Of a DNA stretch of 64,000 bases, positions 19,272 to 31,433 are shown piece after piece. Location: NCBI GenBank assembly GCA_003220495.1, contig QHSP01000019.1:44148-108147 (forward strand), in the 5' to 3' direction. The notes beneath the pieces are model-generated. The model made no database searches, had not been told where the DNA came from, and worked only from the letters and a program-made list of their open reading frames with translations. The position numbers and the translations under genes were made by a program. The stretch is from Candidatus Rokuibacteriota bacterium. Its GTDB lineage: Bacteria; Methylomirabilota; Methylomirabilia; Rokubacteriales; CSP1-6. Each line of letters begins with the position of its first letter. Positions within the stretch are counted from its first letter, which is position 1.

Positions 19272-20615
19272 TTACGCGCGCGAGCGCGATGCCTCGATAG
19301 CCCCTTCCTCCCAGATGCTGTGCTTGCGCGTCTCAGGCATCACGAAGATGGCGATCAGGAACATGACCGCCGGCACCACGATGGGGTAGGCGAGCGCCCA
19401 ACCCAGGCTCCCGGTGTTGAGGTAGGCCGCGGTCGTGACGATCGGCACCAGACCGCCGCCCCAGCCGTTGCCGATGTGATACGGCACCGACACCGACGTG
19501 TAGCGGATACGGCTCGGGAAGAACTCGGCCAAGAACGCCCCGATCGGCCCGTAGGTCATGCCCACATAGTTGACCAGGATCACGACGATGAGAATCGACA
19601 TCCCGTAGTTGACGTCCTTGGGATCAGCGTAGTTGCCCAGAGCCGTATAGAGCGGGTAGTACGTGAGCGAAGCCAGGGCCATCCCGCCCAGGATGATGGG
19701 CTTGCGGCCGATCTTGTCGGAGAGCCAGCCCCAGAAGATCAAGGTGGGCGTCGCGATCAACAGCGCGATGCCGACGATATAACTCGAGGTCAGCACATCG
19801 AGCTTCTTGACCGTCTGCAGAAAGTAGAGTGCCCAGAACTGCCCGCTGTACCAGACGCAGCCCTGCCCGAGCACGACCACGCTGGCGATCGCCACGTATT
19901 TGAAGTTGTTGCTGAGAAACGCCTCGCGCCATGGATTGGTGGTGGTGCGCCCTCTCGCCTTCATGTCCTGGAAGATCGGGGTTTCACCGAGTGAGAGCCG
20001 GATCCAGATCGCGATGGCGACCAGGAGGAGCGAGATGATGAATGGAAGTCGCCAGCCCCAGTCGTTGAACGCCTCGACGCCCAGATACTTCCGGATCCCG
20101 ACGATCGTCGCCAGCGACACGACGATGCCGAGGGTGGGCGACGTCTGCAGCCAGCCGGTGTAGTATCCGCGGTGCTCGTCCTCGATGTGCTCGGCGACGT
20201 ACGTGATGGCCCCTCCGTACTCGCCGCCCAGGCAGAGGCCCTGGATGAGTCGCAGCGCGAACAGAATGAACGCCGCGGCGAGACCGATCGCCTGGTAGGT
20301 CGGGACGAAGCCGATGAGTGCCGTGGCGATTCCCATACCGCTCAGGGTGACGATGAAGGTGTACTTCCGGCCGACCTTGTCACCAAGCCAGCCGAAGACG
20401 AACGCCCCCAGCGGCCGGATCAGGAAGCCGACGGAGAAGATCGCGACCGTGCTGAGGAAGGCCGCCACCGGGTGGCCCTTCTCGAAGAACTTCACTGCCA
20501 GGATGGAAGCGAGGCTGCCGAAGATGTAGAAGTCGTACCATTCGATGATATTGCCGACGGATGCGGCAATGACGACGCGGCGGAGCTCGTTGAGAGGAAC
20601 TTTAGTCGCCCGCAT
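19272..20615 (-). CDS. MFS transporter (metabolite:H+ symporter family)
   Basis: 12-TM MFS layout with GxLxDxxGRK/R motifs (GWLGDKVGRK, GWLSDKIGRK). Strong RBS AAAAGGAGG upstream. Co-directional behind acs. Confidence 0.85.
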   Translation of the reverse strand: MRATKVPLNELRRVVIAASVGNIIEWYDFYIFGSLASILAVKFFEKGHPVAAFLSTVAIFSVGFLIRPLGAFVFGWLGDKVGRKYTFIVTLSGMGIATALIGFVPTYQAIGLAAAFILFALRLIQGLCLGGEYGGAITYVAEHIEDEHRGYYTGWLQTSPTLGIVVSLATIVGIRKYLGVEAFNDWGWRLPFIISLLLVAIAIWIRLSLGETPIFQDMKARGRTTTNPWREAFLSNNFKYVAIASVVVLGQGCVWYSGQFWALYFLQTVKKLDVLTSSYIVGIALLIATPTLIFWGWLSDKIGRKPIILGGMALASLTYYPLYTALGNYADPKDVNYGMSILIVVILVNYVGMTYGPIGAFLAEFFPSRIRYTSVSVPYHIGNGWGGGLVPIVTTAAYLNTGSLGWALAYPIVVPAVMFLIAIFVMPETRKHSIWEEGAIEASRSRA

Positions 20616-20712
20616 AGGCCTCCTTTTGGGTCGATCGGTTCGATCCGCTATCCGGCGGAGCTATCATACCGAAAGTGCCCGCCACGTAAGCCATTTGCTT
20701 CGCTGAACGCCA

Positions 20713-22668
20713 CTACCCCTCCTGCTCCTCGTATTTCGACTTGAGCTGAGCCACGACCGTCGGATCCGCCAGGGTCGTGGTGTCGCCGAGGGCCCGGCCT
20801 TCGGCGATGTCCCGCAGGAGGCGGCGCATGATCTTGCCGCTACGCGTCTTCGGTAGCTCGGCCGAGAAGATCACGTCGTCCGGACGAGCCAGCGAGCCGA
20901 TCTTCTTCGCGACGTGGGCCTTGAGCTCGTCCATCAGCTGGGGCGAGCCCTCGACTCCGCTCTTCACGGTGACGAACGCGGCGATCGCCTGTCCCTTGAT
21001 GTCGTGCGTCTTGCCGATGACCGCGGCCTCGGCGACCGACTTGTGGTCGACCAGGGCCGACTCCACCTCCATGGTGGAGACGCGGTGACCGGAGACGTTC
21101 ATGACGTCGTCGACGCGGCCGAGAAGCCAGAAGTAGCCCTCCTCGTCGCGCTTGGCGCCGTCGCCGGTGAAGTAGATGTTGTCGTACTTTGACCAGTATT
21201 GCTTCACAAAGCGGTCGGGGTCGCCCCAGATGCCGCGCAGCATCCCGGGCCAGGGCTTGCGGAGCACGAGATAGCCCGCCTTCGTGGGGTTGCCCTTCTC
21301 GTCGAACACCTCGGCGTCGATGCCCGGGAACGCCAGGGTCGCAGAACCCGGCTTGAGGACCGTGAGAGCCGGGAGCGGCGAGATGAGGATGTGGCCCGTC
21401 TCGGTCTGCCACCACGTGTCCACGACGGGGCAGCGGCCGCCACCGATGACCTTCCAGTACCAGACCCACGCCTCGGGGTTGATCGGCTCACCGACGGAGC
21501 CGAGCAGGCGCAGGCTCGAGAGGTCGCAGCGCTTGGGGTACTCCTCTCCCCACTTCATGAATGTCCGGATCGCAGTGGGCGCCGTGTAGCAGATCGTGAC
21601 GCCGTACTTCTCGACGATCCGCCAGAACCGATCCTTGTCGGGATAGTCCGGCGTGCCCTCGTACATCACCGTGGTGGCGCCGTTGGCCAGGGGGCCGTAG
21701 ACGATGTACGAATGGCCGGTCACCCAGCCGATGTCGGCGGTGCACCAGTAGACGTCCTCGTCGTGCAGATCGAAGATCCACTTGTGAGTCGCCGAGACGC
21801 CGGTCAGATAGCCGGCGGTCGTGTGGATGATGCCCTTGGGCTTGCCCGTGGACCCCGATGTGTAGAGCAGATAGAGAAGGTCCTCGGAGTCCATGGGCTC
21901 GGCCGGGCAGCGCGCCGCGGCGCCCTTGACGAAGTCGTCCCACCAGATGTCGCGGCCGCTCTGCATCTCGACCGGCTGGCCCGTTCGCTTGAGCACGATG
22001 ACGGTCTTGACGCCCGGTGCGCCCCCTAGCGCTTCGTCCGTGTTCTTCTTGAGCGGCACCGTCGCGCCCCGGCGGTAGCCGCCGTCGGCCGTGATCACCA
22101 GGGTCGACTCGGCGTCGTGGATCCGCTCGCGCACGGCCTCGGGCGAGAAGCCGCCGAAGATCACGCTGTGGGCCGCCCCGATCCGGGCGCACGCCAGCAT
22201 CGCGATCGGAAGCTCGGGCACCATCGGCATGTAGATCGTCACCCGGTCGCCCTTGCGGACGCCGTGACGTTTCAGCGCGGAGGCGAACAGGCTGACCTCG
22301 CGATAGAGGTCCCAGTAGGTGAGGACCCGCGAATCGCCCGGCTCGCCTTCCCAGATCAGCGCGGCCTTGGTCTTGCGCGGCCCTTCCGCGTGCCGGTCCA
22401 GGCAGTTGTAGGCCACGTTCAGCTTGCCGCCGACGAACCACTTGGCGTACGGCGGCTTCCACTCGAGCGCCTTCTTCCAGGGCGTGAACCAGTGCAGCTC
22501 GCGCGCGCGCTGCTCCCAGAACTTCACCGGGTTCCGCGAGGCCTCGGCATAGATCGTCTTGCGATTCATGACGGCGTTCTTCACGAACGCCTTGGGCGGG
22601 GGAAACTTACGCTTTTCCCTGAGGAGCGCTTCGATCGGAAGATCCGCTTTCACCTTCGACTGAGCCAT
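20713..22668 (-). CDS. acs: acetyl-coenzyme A synthetase
   Basis: 651 aa; AMP-binding signature [12 protein letters not shown]-terminal SGKIMRR, and Acs-specific N-terminal region. Confidence 0.95.
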   Translation of the reverse strand: MAQSKVKADLPIEALLREKRKFPPPKAFVKNAVMNRKTIYAEASRNPVKFWEQRARELHWFTPWKKALEWKPPYAKWFVGGKLNVAYNCLDRHAEGPRKTKAALIWEGEPGDSRVLTYWDLYREVSLFASALKRHGVRKGDRVTIYMPMVPELPIAMLACARIGAAHSVIFGGFSPEAVRERIHDAESTLVITADGGYRRGATVPLKKNTDEALGGAPGVKTVIVLKRTGQPVEMQSGRDIWWDDFVKGAAARCPAEPMDSEDLLYLLYTSGSTGKPKGIIHTTAGYLTGVSATHKWIFDLHDEDVYWCTADIGWVTGHSYIVYGPLANGATTVMYEGTPDYPDKDRFWRIVEKYGVTICYTAPTAIRTFMKWGEEYPKRCDLSSLRLLGSVGEPINPEAWVWYWKVIGGGRCPVVDTWWQTETGHILISPLPALTVLKPGSATLAFPGIDAEVFDEKGNPTKAGYLVLRKPWPGMLRGIWGDPDRFVKQYWSKYDNIYFTGDGAKRDEEGYFWLLGRVDDVMNVSGHRVSTMEVESALVDHKSVAEAAVIGKTHDIKGQAIAAFVTVKSGVEGSPQLMDELKAHVAKKIGSLARPDDVIFSAELPKTRSGKIMRRLLRDIAEGRALGDTTTLADPTVVAQLKSKYEEQEG

Positions 22669-22726
22669 AGCTCGCCTCGTGTGGTGGTTTGCGAGTAAAT
22701 CGGCACTTGTTCCGGCGGTCGCGGGG

Positions 22727-24163
22727 TTATCGGGAGCTCCCCACGGTCGCGGCGCGCGACTTGCGCCGGGCGACGCCGGTCTTGATGGCCGCCTCCGAGA
22801 CGGCCGCCGCGACGGCCGGCACGACCCGGCTGTCGAACATCGAGGGCGTGATGTACTCCTCGCCCAGCTCTTCTTTGGTCACGATCTCCGCCAGCGCCTG
22901 CGCCGCGGCGAGCTTCATCTCGTCGTTCACGCGCCGGGCGCGCACATCGAGCATGCCGCGGAAGAACCCGGGGAAGCAGCAAGAGTTGTTGATTTGGTTC
23001 GGATAGTCCGAGCGACCAGTGGCCATCACCCGGACGTACGGGCCGGCCTCCTCGGGCAAGATCTCCGGGACCGGATTGGCCATCGCGAAGACGATCGGGT
23101 CGCGGCCCATGGCCTTGATGTCCTTCAGCGAGACCACGCCGGGCCCTGAGAGCCCGATGAACACGTCGGCGCCCTTGAGGGCATCCGCGGCGGTGCCCTT
23201 CAGACGCTTCTCGTTGGTGTGCTTGGCGAACCACTCCTTCATCGCGTTCATGTTGTCCGTGCGGCCGCGATAGAGCGCGCCCGCCCGGTCGCAGGCGATG
23301 ATGTGCTTGGCGCCGGCCTTCATGAGGAGCTTCGCCGTGGCGATCCCGGACGCGCCCGCCCCGATGAACACGATCCGCGCGTCCGAGAGCCGCTTCTTGA
23401 CGATCTTCAGCGCGTTGAGCATGGCGGCCAGAACGACCACGGCCGTTCCGTGCTGGTCGTCGTGGAAGACCGGGATCTCGAGATCCCGCTGCAGGCGCGT
23501 CTCGATGTCGAAGCAGCGCGGCGCGGAAATATCCTCGAGGTTGATGCCGCCGAAGATCGGGGAGATCGCCTTGACGATCGAGACGATCTCGTCGACGTCC
23601 TTGGTCGCCAGACAGATCGGGAACGCGTCCACGCCGGCGAATTCCTTGAAGATGAGCGCCTTGCCTTCCATCACCGGCGCCGCGCCGGCCGGGCCGATGT
23701 CGCCGAGCCCCAGCACGGCGGTCCCGTCGGTGACCACCGCGACGCAGTTCTGCTTGATCGTGAGCGCGTAGGCCTTCTGCGGATCGTGATGGATGGCCAT
23801 GCACACGCGGGCGACGCCCGGGGTGTACGCCATCGAGAGGTCGTCGCGCGTCTTCACCGACATCTTGCCCCTCACCTCGATCTTGCCGCCGAGGTGCATC
23901 AGGAAGGTCCGGTCGGAGACGTTCACGACCTTCACGGCGCGAACGCCGCGGATCTTGTCGACGATCTGCTGGCCGTGCGGCTCGTCTCGCGCCTTGAAGG
24001 TGAGGTCGCGGGTAATCGTCGTCTTGGCGACCTGGACCAGGTCGATCGCGCCGATATCGCCACCGGCCTTGCCGATGGCCGAGGTGACCTGCCCGAGCAT
24101 CCCGGGCTTGTTGGTGATCTCCAGCCGGACGGTGAGGCTGTAGCTCGCACTGGGCAACTGCAT
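22727..24163 (-). CDS. NAD(P)-dependent malic enzyme with N-terminal ACT-like domain
   Basis: 478-aa product from ATG at 24161-24163 (RBS GGGGAGGAT): [20 protein letters not shown] Rossmann, FANPVPEI. The upstream part of the 593-aa ORF is not coding. Confidence 0.9.
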   Translation of the reverse strand: MQLPSASYSLTVRLEITNKPGMLGQVTSAIGKAGGDIGAIDLVQVAKTTITRDLTFKARDEPHGQQIVDKIRGVRAVKVVNVSDRTFLMHLGGKIEVRGKMSVKTRDDLSMAYTPGVARVCMAIHHDPQKAYALTIKQNCVAVVTDGTAVLGLGDIGPAGAAPVMEGKALIFKEFAGVDAFPICLATKDVDEIVSIVKAISPIFGGINLEDISAPRCFDIETRLQRDLEIPVFHDDQHGTAVVVLAAMLNALKIVKKRLSDARIVFIGAGASGIATAKLLMKAGAKHIIACDRAGALYRGRTDNMNAMKEWFAKHTNEKRLKGTAADALKGADVFIGLSGPGVVSLKDIKAMGRDPIVFAMANPVPEILPEEAGPYVRVMATGRSDYPNQINNSCCFPGFFRGMLDVRARRVNDEMKLAAAQALAEIVTKEELGEEYITPSMFDSRVVPAVAAAVSEAAIKTGVARRKSRAATVGSSR

Positions 24164-24294
24164 GTGGATCCTCCCCTGATTGTGATCGGCGCTCGCCCCG
24201 GCCGGCGCAACCCGGCCCGGAACACTGCGGCGGCGGGCACTCCCCCGCTGGAGCGCGTGTATCTTACCTCTCTTGTGGACGATTTCGCGAGGAG

Positions 24295-24450
24295 GTGCGC
24301 GCCGCAGGCTGTCGCGGGGCTGGGGCCCCGTCAGCCGAGGCGCGCCTGCAAATCGAACCGTGCGCGCCGCAGGCTGTCGCGGGGCTGGGGCCCCATCAGC
24401 CGAGGCGCGCCTGCAAATCGAACCGTGCGCGCCGGGGCCCGCCGGCCGAG
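24295..24450. repeat. 65-bp tandem direct repeat, 2 full copies plus a degenerate partial third
   Basis: Unit GTGCGCGCCGCAGGCTGTCGCGGGGCTGGGGCCCCGTCAGCCGAGGCGCGCCTGCAAATCGAACC at 24295-24359 and 24360-24424 (1 mismatch), then GTGCGCGCCGGGGCCCGCCGGCCGAG. Sits in the divergent intergenic region between the malic enzyme and DUF169-MtaA genes. Confidence 0.9.
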
Positions 24451-24494
24451 ACGTGCCCGAAAAGTGTAGTACGCTGCATCGGGAGGCGGCGCTC

Positions 24495-26366
24495 ATGATC
24501 GACGTCAAGACGGCTGATCGGGAACTGCAGCTCTACATCCGCCCGCAGACGTTCCCCGTGGCGATCCGGATGCTGCGACCGGGCGAGGAAATCCCCGAGA
24601 AAGCCCGGCGGCCGGCGCGCGACTTCAAGAAGCTCAGCATGAACTGCCAGGTCATCGACATGGCCCGGCGCTACGGCTGGATGATCGCCCTCACGCGCGA
24701 GGACCACATCTGCTCGCTCGGCATCGCGGCGCTCGGCTTCGAGAAACCGACCCACCTGCACAGCTCCGGAACGCTCTGCGAGGGCATGTACACCGAGACG
24801 AAGTCGGCGGGCCAGCGCTCCGAGGCCGCGGTCGACAAATTCGCCCCGGGAGAGTATTCGACTCTGCTGGTGGCGCCGCTCGACCGCACCACGTTCGAGC
24901 CGCACCTGGTGTGCATCTACGCCAACCCCGCGCAGGTCATGCGCCTGACGCAGGCCGCGCTCTGGAAGCGGGGCGGCAAGCTGACGTCCTCGTTCGGGGG
25001 CCGCATCGATTGCTCCGAGATCATCGTGACGACGATGCGGACCGATCAGCCGCAGGTGATCCTGCCGTGCTCGGGCGACCGGATATTCGGCCAGACGCAG
25101 GACCACGAGATGGCCTTCACGATTCCGTGGACCCAGATGGAAGAGGTCATCGAGGGCCTCAAGGGCACTCACGACGGCGGGATCCGCTACCCGATCACGC
25201 AGTTCCTCGAGTACGAGGCCAAGCTGCCGCCCAAGTACATGGAGGCGAGCCGCATCTGGGAGGTCGAGCACGGCCGAGCGCAATTCACGAATCGTGAGCG
25301 GGTGGTCGCGGCCTACCGCCGGTCGTTCGCCGACCGCGTGCCGGTCTATCCGATCGTCGCCTCGTTCGCCGGCACCCTCGACGGCCTGTCGATCGAGGAG
25401 TACTGCACGAACGTCCCGAAGGCGATCACGGCGATGCTCAACTACTACGAGCGCTACCAGCCCGACGTGGTCCTGGCCTACAACGACCTCGCAAAGGAAG
25501 CCGAGGCCTTCGGCAGCCGGGTGAAGTACTCGGATTACGTGGTGCCGTCGATCGACCAGCACGTGCTGCAGGACGACAAGGCGAAGCTGGCGCGGCTCGC
25601 GATGCCCGATCCCTACAAGACGGCGCGGCTCCCGGGCTTCCTCGAGCAATGCGAGGCGCTCGTCCGCGCCAAGCCCCCGACGGCCATCGGCGCGGTCGCG
25701 GTCGGTCCGTGGACGATCGCGATGCTGCTGCGCAATCCCGAGACGATGCTGCTCGACACGTTCGAGGACCCGCAGTTCATCCACGACCTGATGCGAGTGG
25801 CGACCGACTTCTGCATGCTCTGGGGCGACGCCATCGCCAAGACGGGGATCGGCCTCTCGTTCTCCGAGCCCACCGCGTCGATCAGCCTGATCTCGCCCGA
25901 CAACTACCGGGAGTTCGTCGCGCCCTATCACAAGGAGCTGGTCGACCACTTCAAGGCCAAGAAGGTCGGCGTGACCACGCACATCTGCGGAACGACCTAT
26001 CCGATCTACGAGGACCTGATCCGCTGCGGCTTCACGACCGTCTCGTTCGACCTCGACCAGCAGGCCGATCCGACGCTCTACGTGGACCAGCTCACGCGCT
26101 TCATGGAGGTCTCGAAGGGCCGGGCCGTCGCGATCGGCAACGTCGACGCGACGAAGTTCGAGCGGTCGACCAAGGAGGCGATGGTCGCCGACGTGCGCCG
26201 CTGCCTCGACGCTGCGGCCAGGCACTCCGCCTTCATCCTGTCGACGTCGTGCGAGATCCCGCCGCGCTCCGACGCCGAGATCGTCAAGTGGTTCATGGAC
26301 GCCGCGCGCGAGTACGGACGCTACGAGCGGATCTTCGACGGGGCCGAGCCGGCGCCGACCTCGTGA
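24495..26366 (+). CDS. fusion protein: DUF169-like N-terminal domain + MtaA/CmuA-type (uroporphyrinogen-decarboxylase family) zinc-dependent corrinoid methyltransferase domain
   Basis: ATG at 24495 with GGGAGG RBS; 623 aa. The C-terminal ~350 aa has the UroD/MtaA fold with zinc-ligand motifs HICG and SCEIP. The N-terminal ~265 aa resembles DUF169/COG2043 from memory; this is not verified. Confidence 0.7.
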   Translation: MIDVKTADRELQLYIRPQTFPVAIRMLRPGEEIPEKARRPARDFKKLSMNCQVIDMARRYGWMIALTREDHICSLGIAALGFEKPTHLHSSGTLCEGMYTETKSAGQRSEAAVDKFAPGEYSTLLVAPLDRTTFEPHLVCIYANPAQVMRLTQAALWKRGGKLTSSFGGRIDCSEIIVTTMRTDQPQVILPCSGDRIFGQTQDHEMAFTIPWTQMEEVIEGLKGTHDGGIRYPITQFLEYEAKLPPKYMEASRIWEVEHGRAQFTNRERVVAAYRRSFADRVPVYPIVASFAGTLDGLSIEEYCTNVPKAITAMLNYYERYQPDVVLAYNDLAKEAEAFGSRVKYSDYVVPSIDQHVLQDDKAKLARLAMPDPYKTARLPGFLEQCEALVRAKPPTAIGAVAVGPWTIAMLLRNPETMLLDTFEDPQFIHDLMRVATDFCMLWGDAIAKTGIGLSFSEPTASISLISPDNYREFVAPYHKELVDHFKAKKVGVTTHICGTTYPIYEDLIRCGFTTVSFDLDQQADPTLYVDQLTRFMEVSKGRAVAIGNVDATKFERSTKEAMVADVRRCLDAAARHSAFILSTSCEIPPRSDAEIVKWFMDAAREYGRYERIFDGAEPAPTS

Positions 26367-26391
26367 GCGGCAACGCCGAGTCGACGCGGGC

Positions 26392-26435
26392 GGGCCGGTA
26401 AAACGACACGGGGATCAGCCGGGATGGCTGACCCC
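26392..26435 (-). terminator. putative intrinsic terminator of the RRM-protein gene
   Basis: Hairpin GGGGTCAGCC-atccc-GGCTGATCCCC on the minus strand followed by GUGUCGUUUUACC; 43 nt after the stop. Confidence 0.4.
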
Positions 26436-26478
26436 CGTTGTGCCTACGCTTTCGGCAGCTCGGTCTGTGCCTACTCTG

Positions 26479-26859
26479 CTACCACTTCACGGGCTTGGAC
26501 GGCCGATGCGCGTAGCCGCTGTCCCGCCCGCCACCGCCACCGGGTCCGCGCCCGCCGCCGCCCGGTCGGCCACCGCCGCCCGGCCGGCCGCCGCCGCCAC
26601 CCGTGCGGGCGGCCTGTGGATTCGAGATCTCCACCGTGATTCTCCGGCCATCGAGCTCACGCCCATTCAGCTGAGAAATCGAGGCCTGGGCCTCTTCCGC
26701 CGTGTTCATCTCGACGAACCCGAATCCCCGTGACTGCCCGGAGAAGCGATCGGTGATCACGGTTGCGGACAGGACGTTACCGCACTGTGTGAAGAACTCC
26801 CGGAGCCCTTCGCTGGTCGTGGAGTACGCAAGACCGCCTATGTAGAGTTTAGATGCCAT
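26479..26859 (-). CDS. RNA-binding protein (single RRM domain with Gly-rich tail)
   Basis: RNP-2 KLYIGGL and RNP-1 RGFGFVEM; C-terminal GGGGRPGGGGRPGGGG repeats. ATG at 26857-26859 with GAGGGGG RBS; about 170 nt 5' UTR. Confidence 0.85.
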   Translation of the reverse strand: MASKLYIGGLAYSTTSEGLREFFTQCGNVLSATVITDRFSGQSRGFGFVEMNTAEEAQASISQLNGRELDGRRITVEISNPQAARTGGGGGRPGGGGRPGGGGRGPGGGGGRDSGYAHRPSKPVKW

Positions 26860-27029
26860 CGGAACCCCCTCGGACTGTCTTCCGCTCTCTGGCACGCCCC
26901 GCGAACGCGGAAGCTCTCTTTCATCGGAGGCGAGGTCCACCCAAAGCGGCGGACGCATCAAGTGTACACAGGCTGAGGCAACGCGCAACTGGACGGCGCG
27001 GTTTGTCGCTCCGCGTCACCCGCCGACGG

Positions 27030-28378
<1,349 letters not shown>

Positions 28379-28382
<4 letters not shown>

Positions 28383-31300
28383 AGCGGCAGCACCACGCGG
28401 AAGACACTGCCTTTGCCGACCACCGAGCTGACCTCGATACGACCGCCGTGATCGTTCACGATCCCCTGCGCGATGGCGAGCCCGAGCCCTGTCCCCTGCC
28501 CGGGCGGCTTGGTCGTGAAGAAGGGATCGAAGATCCGGCTGAGATTTTCGGCCGGAATACCCGGTCCCTCATCCTCCAGCTCGATCTCGACTTCGCCGTG
28601 TGCCTGACGCGATCGGATGATCAAGGTGCCGCGGCCCTCCATCGCCTCCAGAGCGTTCGAGGCCAGCCCGAGGCATACCTGACGGAGCTGGCCCTCGTTC
28701 ACGGCCACCGTCGGCAGCTTGGGATCGAGCTCGGTCACCATGCGGCTCCGCGTGAAGCGGGACTGGTGGGACAGGAGCTCCGCGGCCTTCAGGACGACGC
28801 CGTTCAGATCGGTCGCGGTCCGCCGGCTGCCGGGATCGCGGACGAACTGCAACAGGCTCCCGGTGATCTCCTTGCAGCGATACGCCTCTTCCTCGATGAG
28901 GCGCAGGTAGTGCCGGAACTCCTCGGGCTCCGCGACCGTCGCCGGGTCCCCCTCGCCCAGTCGACCCTGCAGCGATTCCGCGCACCCGGCGATCGTCGCG
29001 AGCGGGTTGTTCAGCTCGTGCGCGACACCGGCCGCGAGGCGCCCGGCCGTCGTGAGCCGCTCGGTCAGGAGCATCTGGCGCTCGAGCCGCTTCGCGAGCG
29101 TGACGTCCTCCACCAGGAGCACGGCGTGCGTGCCGCGATCGCTGGCGGCCTCGACCGGCGCCGCGGTCCAGCGGAAGATCTTCGCCTCGCCGGCGATCAC
29201 CATCTCGTCCTCGATCGAGCCCACGCGCCGCGAGCGGAACGCGTCCCGGACCAAGGCCTGGACGGGCGCGGCCTTGTCGGCCGGGAGCAGGTGGACCAGC
29301 GGGCCGCGGACGCTCGCGTCGCACGCCAGGGCGCGGCCGCCAGCCGGATTGACCCGGACCATGTTCAAGTCGGTATCCAGCACGAACACCCCGAGCGGCA
29401 GGGTCTCCAGCACCACCTCGACGAACCGCTTCTGTGTGTCGAGCTCGCGGGTGCGGTCGGCGACCATGGCCTCGAGCTCGGTGTAGAGACGCGCATGGTC
29501 GAGCGCGATCGCCGCCTGGTCGGCCAGCGCCACCAGCAGCTCCTCCTCGTGCGCCGAGAACTCGTGGATGTCGCGCCGCAAGACGCTGATGCCCCCGATG
29601 GCCTTCTCGCCGATCAGCAGAGGGACCGACAGCATCGAGCGAAACCCGCCCGTGCGCGCAAGGTGCGGGTATTTGTGGCGCGGGTCCGACCAGAGGTCGG
29701 GGCTCTGCATCGGCCGCCGCTCCTTCACCGCGCGCCCCAACACGCCCTCGCCGAGCCCCAGCCGGACGGTCGAGACCAGCTCCTGAGGGACATCGAGGCT
29801 CGCGACCATGACCAGCTCGCTGGTCCGCGGATCGAACGTCGAGACGCTGCACGAGTCGACGCCCAGGACTCCCCTCGCCTCCTCCAGGATCATCCGGATC
29901 GTTCGGCCGACGTCGAGGCTCGCGGTGACGGCCCGCCCCGCCTCGAGGAGCGCGCGCGTCTCGCGGGCGCCGCGAGCGCTCTCGTCGAAGAGCCGCGCGC
30001 CATGGATGGCGATGCCTGCCTGCTCGGCGAAGGCCTCCAGCACTCGCTGGTGATGGGCCGTGAAGCTGCGGGGCCGCGTCGAGAAGGCCGAGACCGCGCC
30101 GATGACCACGCCGACGACCTTGAGGGGCACGCAGAGCATCGACCGGATTCCCTCACGCTCGTCCACCTCACGCTGCGCGGAGCGCGGGTCGTTCTGCACG
30201 TCACCGATCCGGATCGCGACGCCCTCGGCGGCCACCCGCCCGATGATCCCCTCGCCGACCGGGACCGACAGCGTGCGCCACTCCTCGCTCTGAAAGCCGT
30301 GGGCGGCCGCCTGGACGACGTGCGTCCGCTCGCTGTTGAAGAGCCCGATACCGCATCCGCTGGCGCCGATCAGCGCCGGTATCGAGAGACTGATCCGGGT
30401 GAGGACCGACGCCACGTCGAGGCGCGCGGTGATGAGCTGGCTGGTCGCGTGGAGCGCCGCCAGCTCGTCGGCGCGGCGGCGGCTCTCGTCGGCCAGGCGC
30501 GCCTGCTCGATCCCCAGGGCGAGCGGGCCCGCGAGCTCGGTGATCGTCACGACGTCCGTGTCGTCGAAGGCACGCGGCCGGGCCGCGGTGACAACGACCG
30601 CCCCGAGAATCTGCCCGCTGGACACCAGGGGGACGAACATCGCGGCGCGGAAGCCCCCGGCCTCGAGGATTCGGCGGCTCGCCTCGGGAATGTCATCGCG
30701 CTCGGCGTCGTCGACCCGCACCGGACCACCCTCGGCGGCGACGCGCCCGAGCAAGGTTCCCTCGAGCGTCATCCAGCGCTCGCGCGGCCGCCGGGCGATG
30801 AAACCGCGCGCGGTCACGTCGACGAGCTCGAACTCACGGTGCTCGGCGTCGAGCAACGCGATGCTGAGCGAGTCGAACCCGACGAGCTTCGCCGCACCCA
30901 GGGCAAACGCGGCGAACACGTCCTCGACCGAATGCCGAGCCGCGAGCAACCGGGTGATCTCGCCGAGCGCGGCCGCGAGGCGCGCTCGCCGGTCGCGCTC
31001 GCCGAAATGGTCGAGAGCCGTCCCGAGCTCGTGCGGGAGATCGGCCGGTAGCGCGGCGGCGGTCAGCCCCCCGACACGGCCGAGGAGGAGGATCTCGCCG
31101 ACGCGCCGGCTCGCGGGGCCCAGCGGCGTCCGGAGCAGCGCCGCCCAGCCGCCCGGCGGCGCGTCCGGCGGAACGATCCGTGTGAGCTGCGGGCGAGACG
31201 CCGGCGTCGCGGCGATCGTCGTGAGCCAGTCCCGGAGCGCCGCCGGAGTCCGTCCGGCGCCCGCGGTGACGACAATCGGCTCGTGGTACCGCGGCCGGAA

Positions 31301-31429
31301 CGCGAGCGCCCCGGCCGTGGCTCCGGTCAGGTCCACCACGCGGCGCAACGTCGTGGCGAGACCCTCGGCGACCGTGGGAGCCGAGAAGATCGGCGCCACC
31401 AGATCGTGAAGCTCTCCCCCGCGCTTCAC
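28379..31429 (-). CDS. multi-GAF/PAS sensor histidine kinase
   Basis: 1016 aa with several GAF-like modules; HisKA H-box HELNNPLATI; HATPase_c G-boxes DEGPGIP and GTGLGLAIA. Stop overlaps the response-regulator start (ATGA). Confidence 0.85.
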
Positions 31430-31433
31430 GTCG

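Noticed and set aside
20616-20712. tRNA-like GGTTCGATCC (T-loop-like) motif
   Set aside because: No matching T-stem, acceptor or anticodon arm can be formed. The region is the 97-nt spacer carrying the AAAAGGAGG RBS of the MFS gene.
24295-24450. Possible CRISPR array
   Set aside because: Units are contiguous with no spacers, the period is 65 bp, and there are only about 2.4 copies; no cas genes nearby.
24273-24494. Peptide ORFs (MWTISRGGARRRLSRGWGP..., MRAAGCRGAGAPSAEARLQIEPCAP...) spanning the 65-bp repeats
   Set aside because: Open frames created by tandem repetition of GC-rich non-coding DNA; the repeat lies in an intergenic promoter region.
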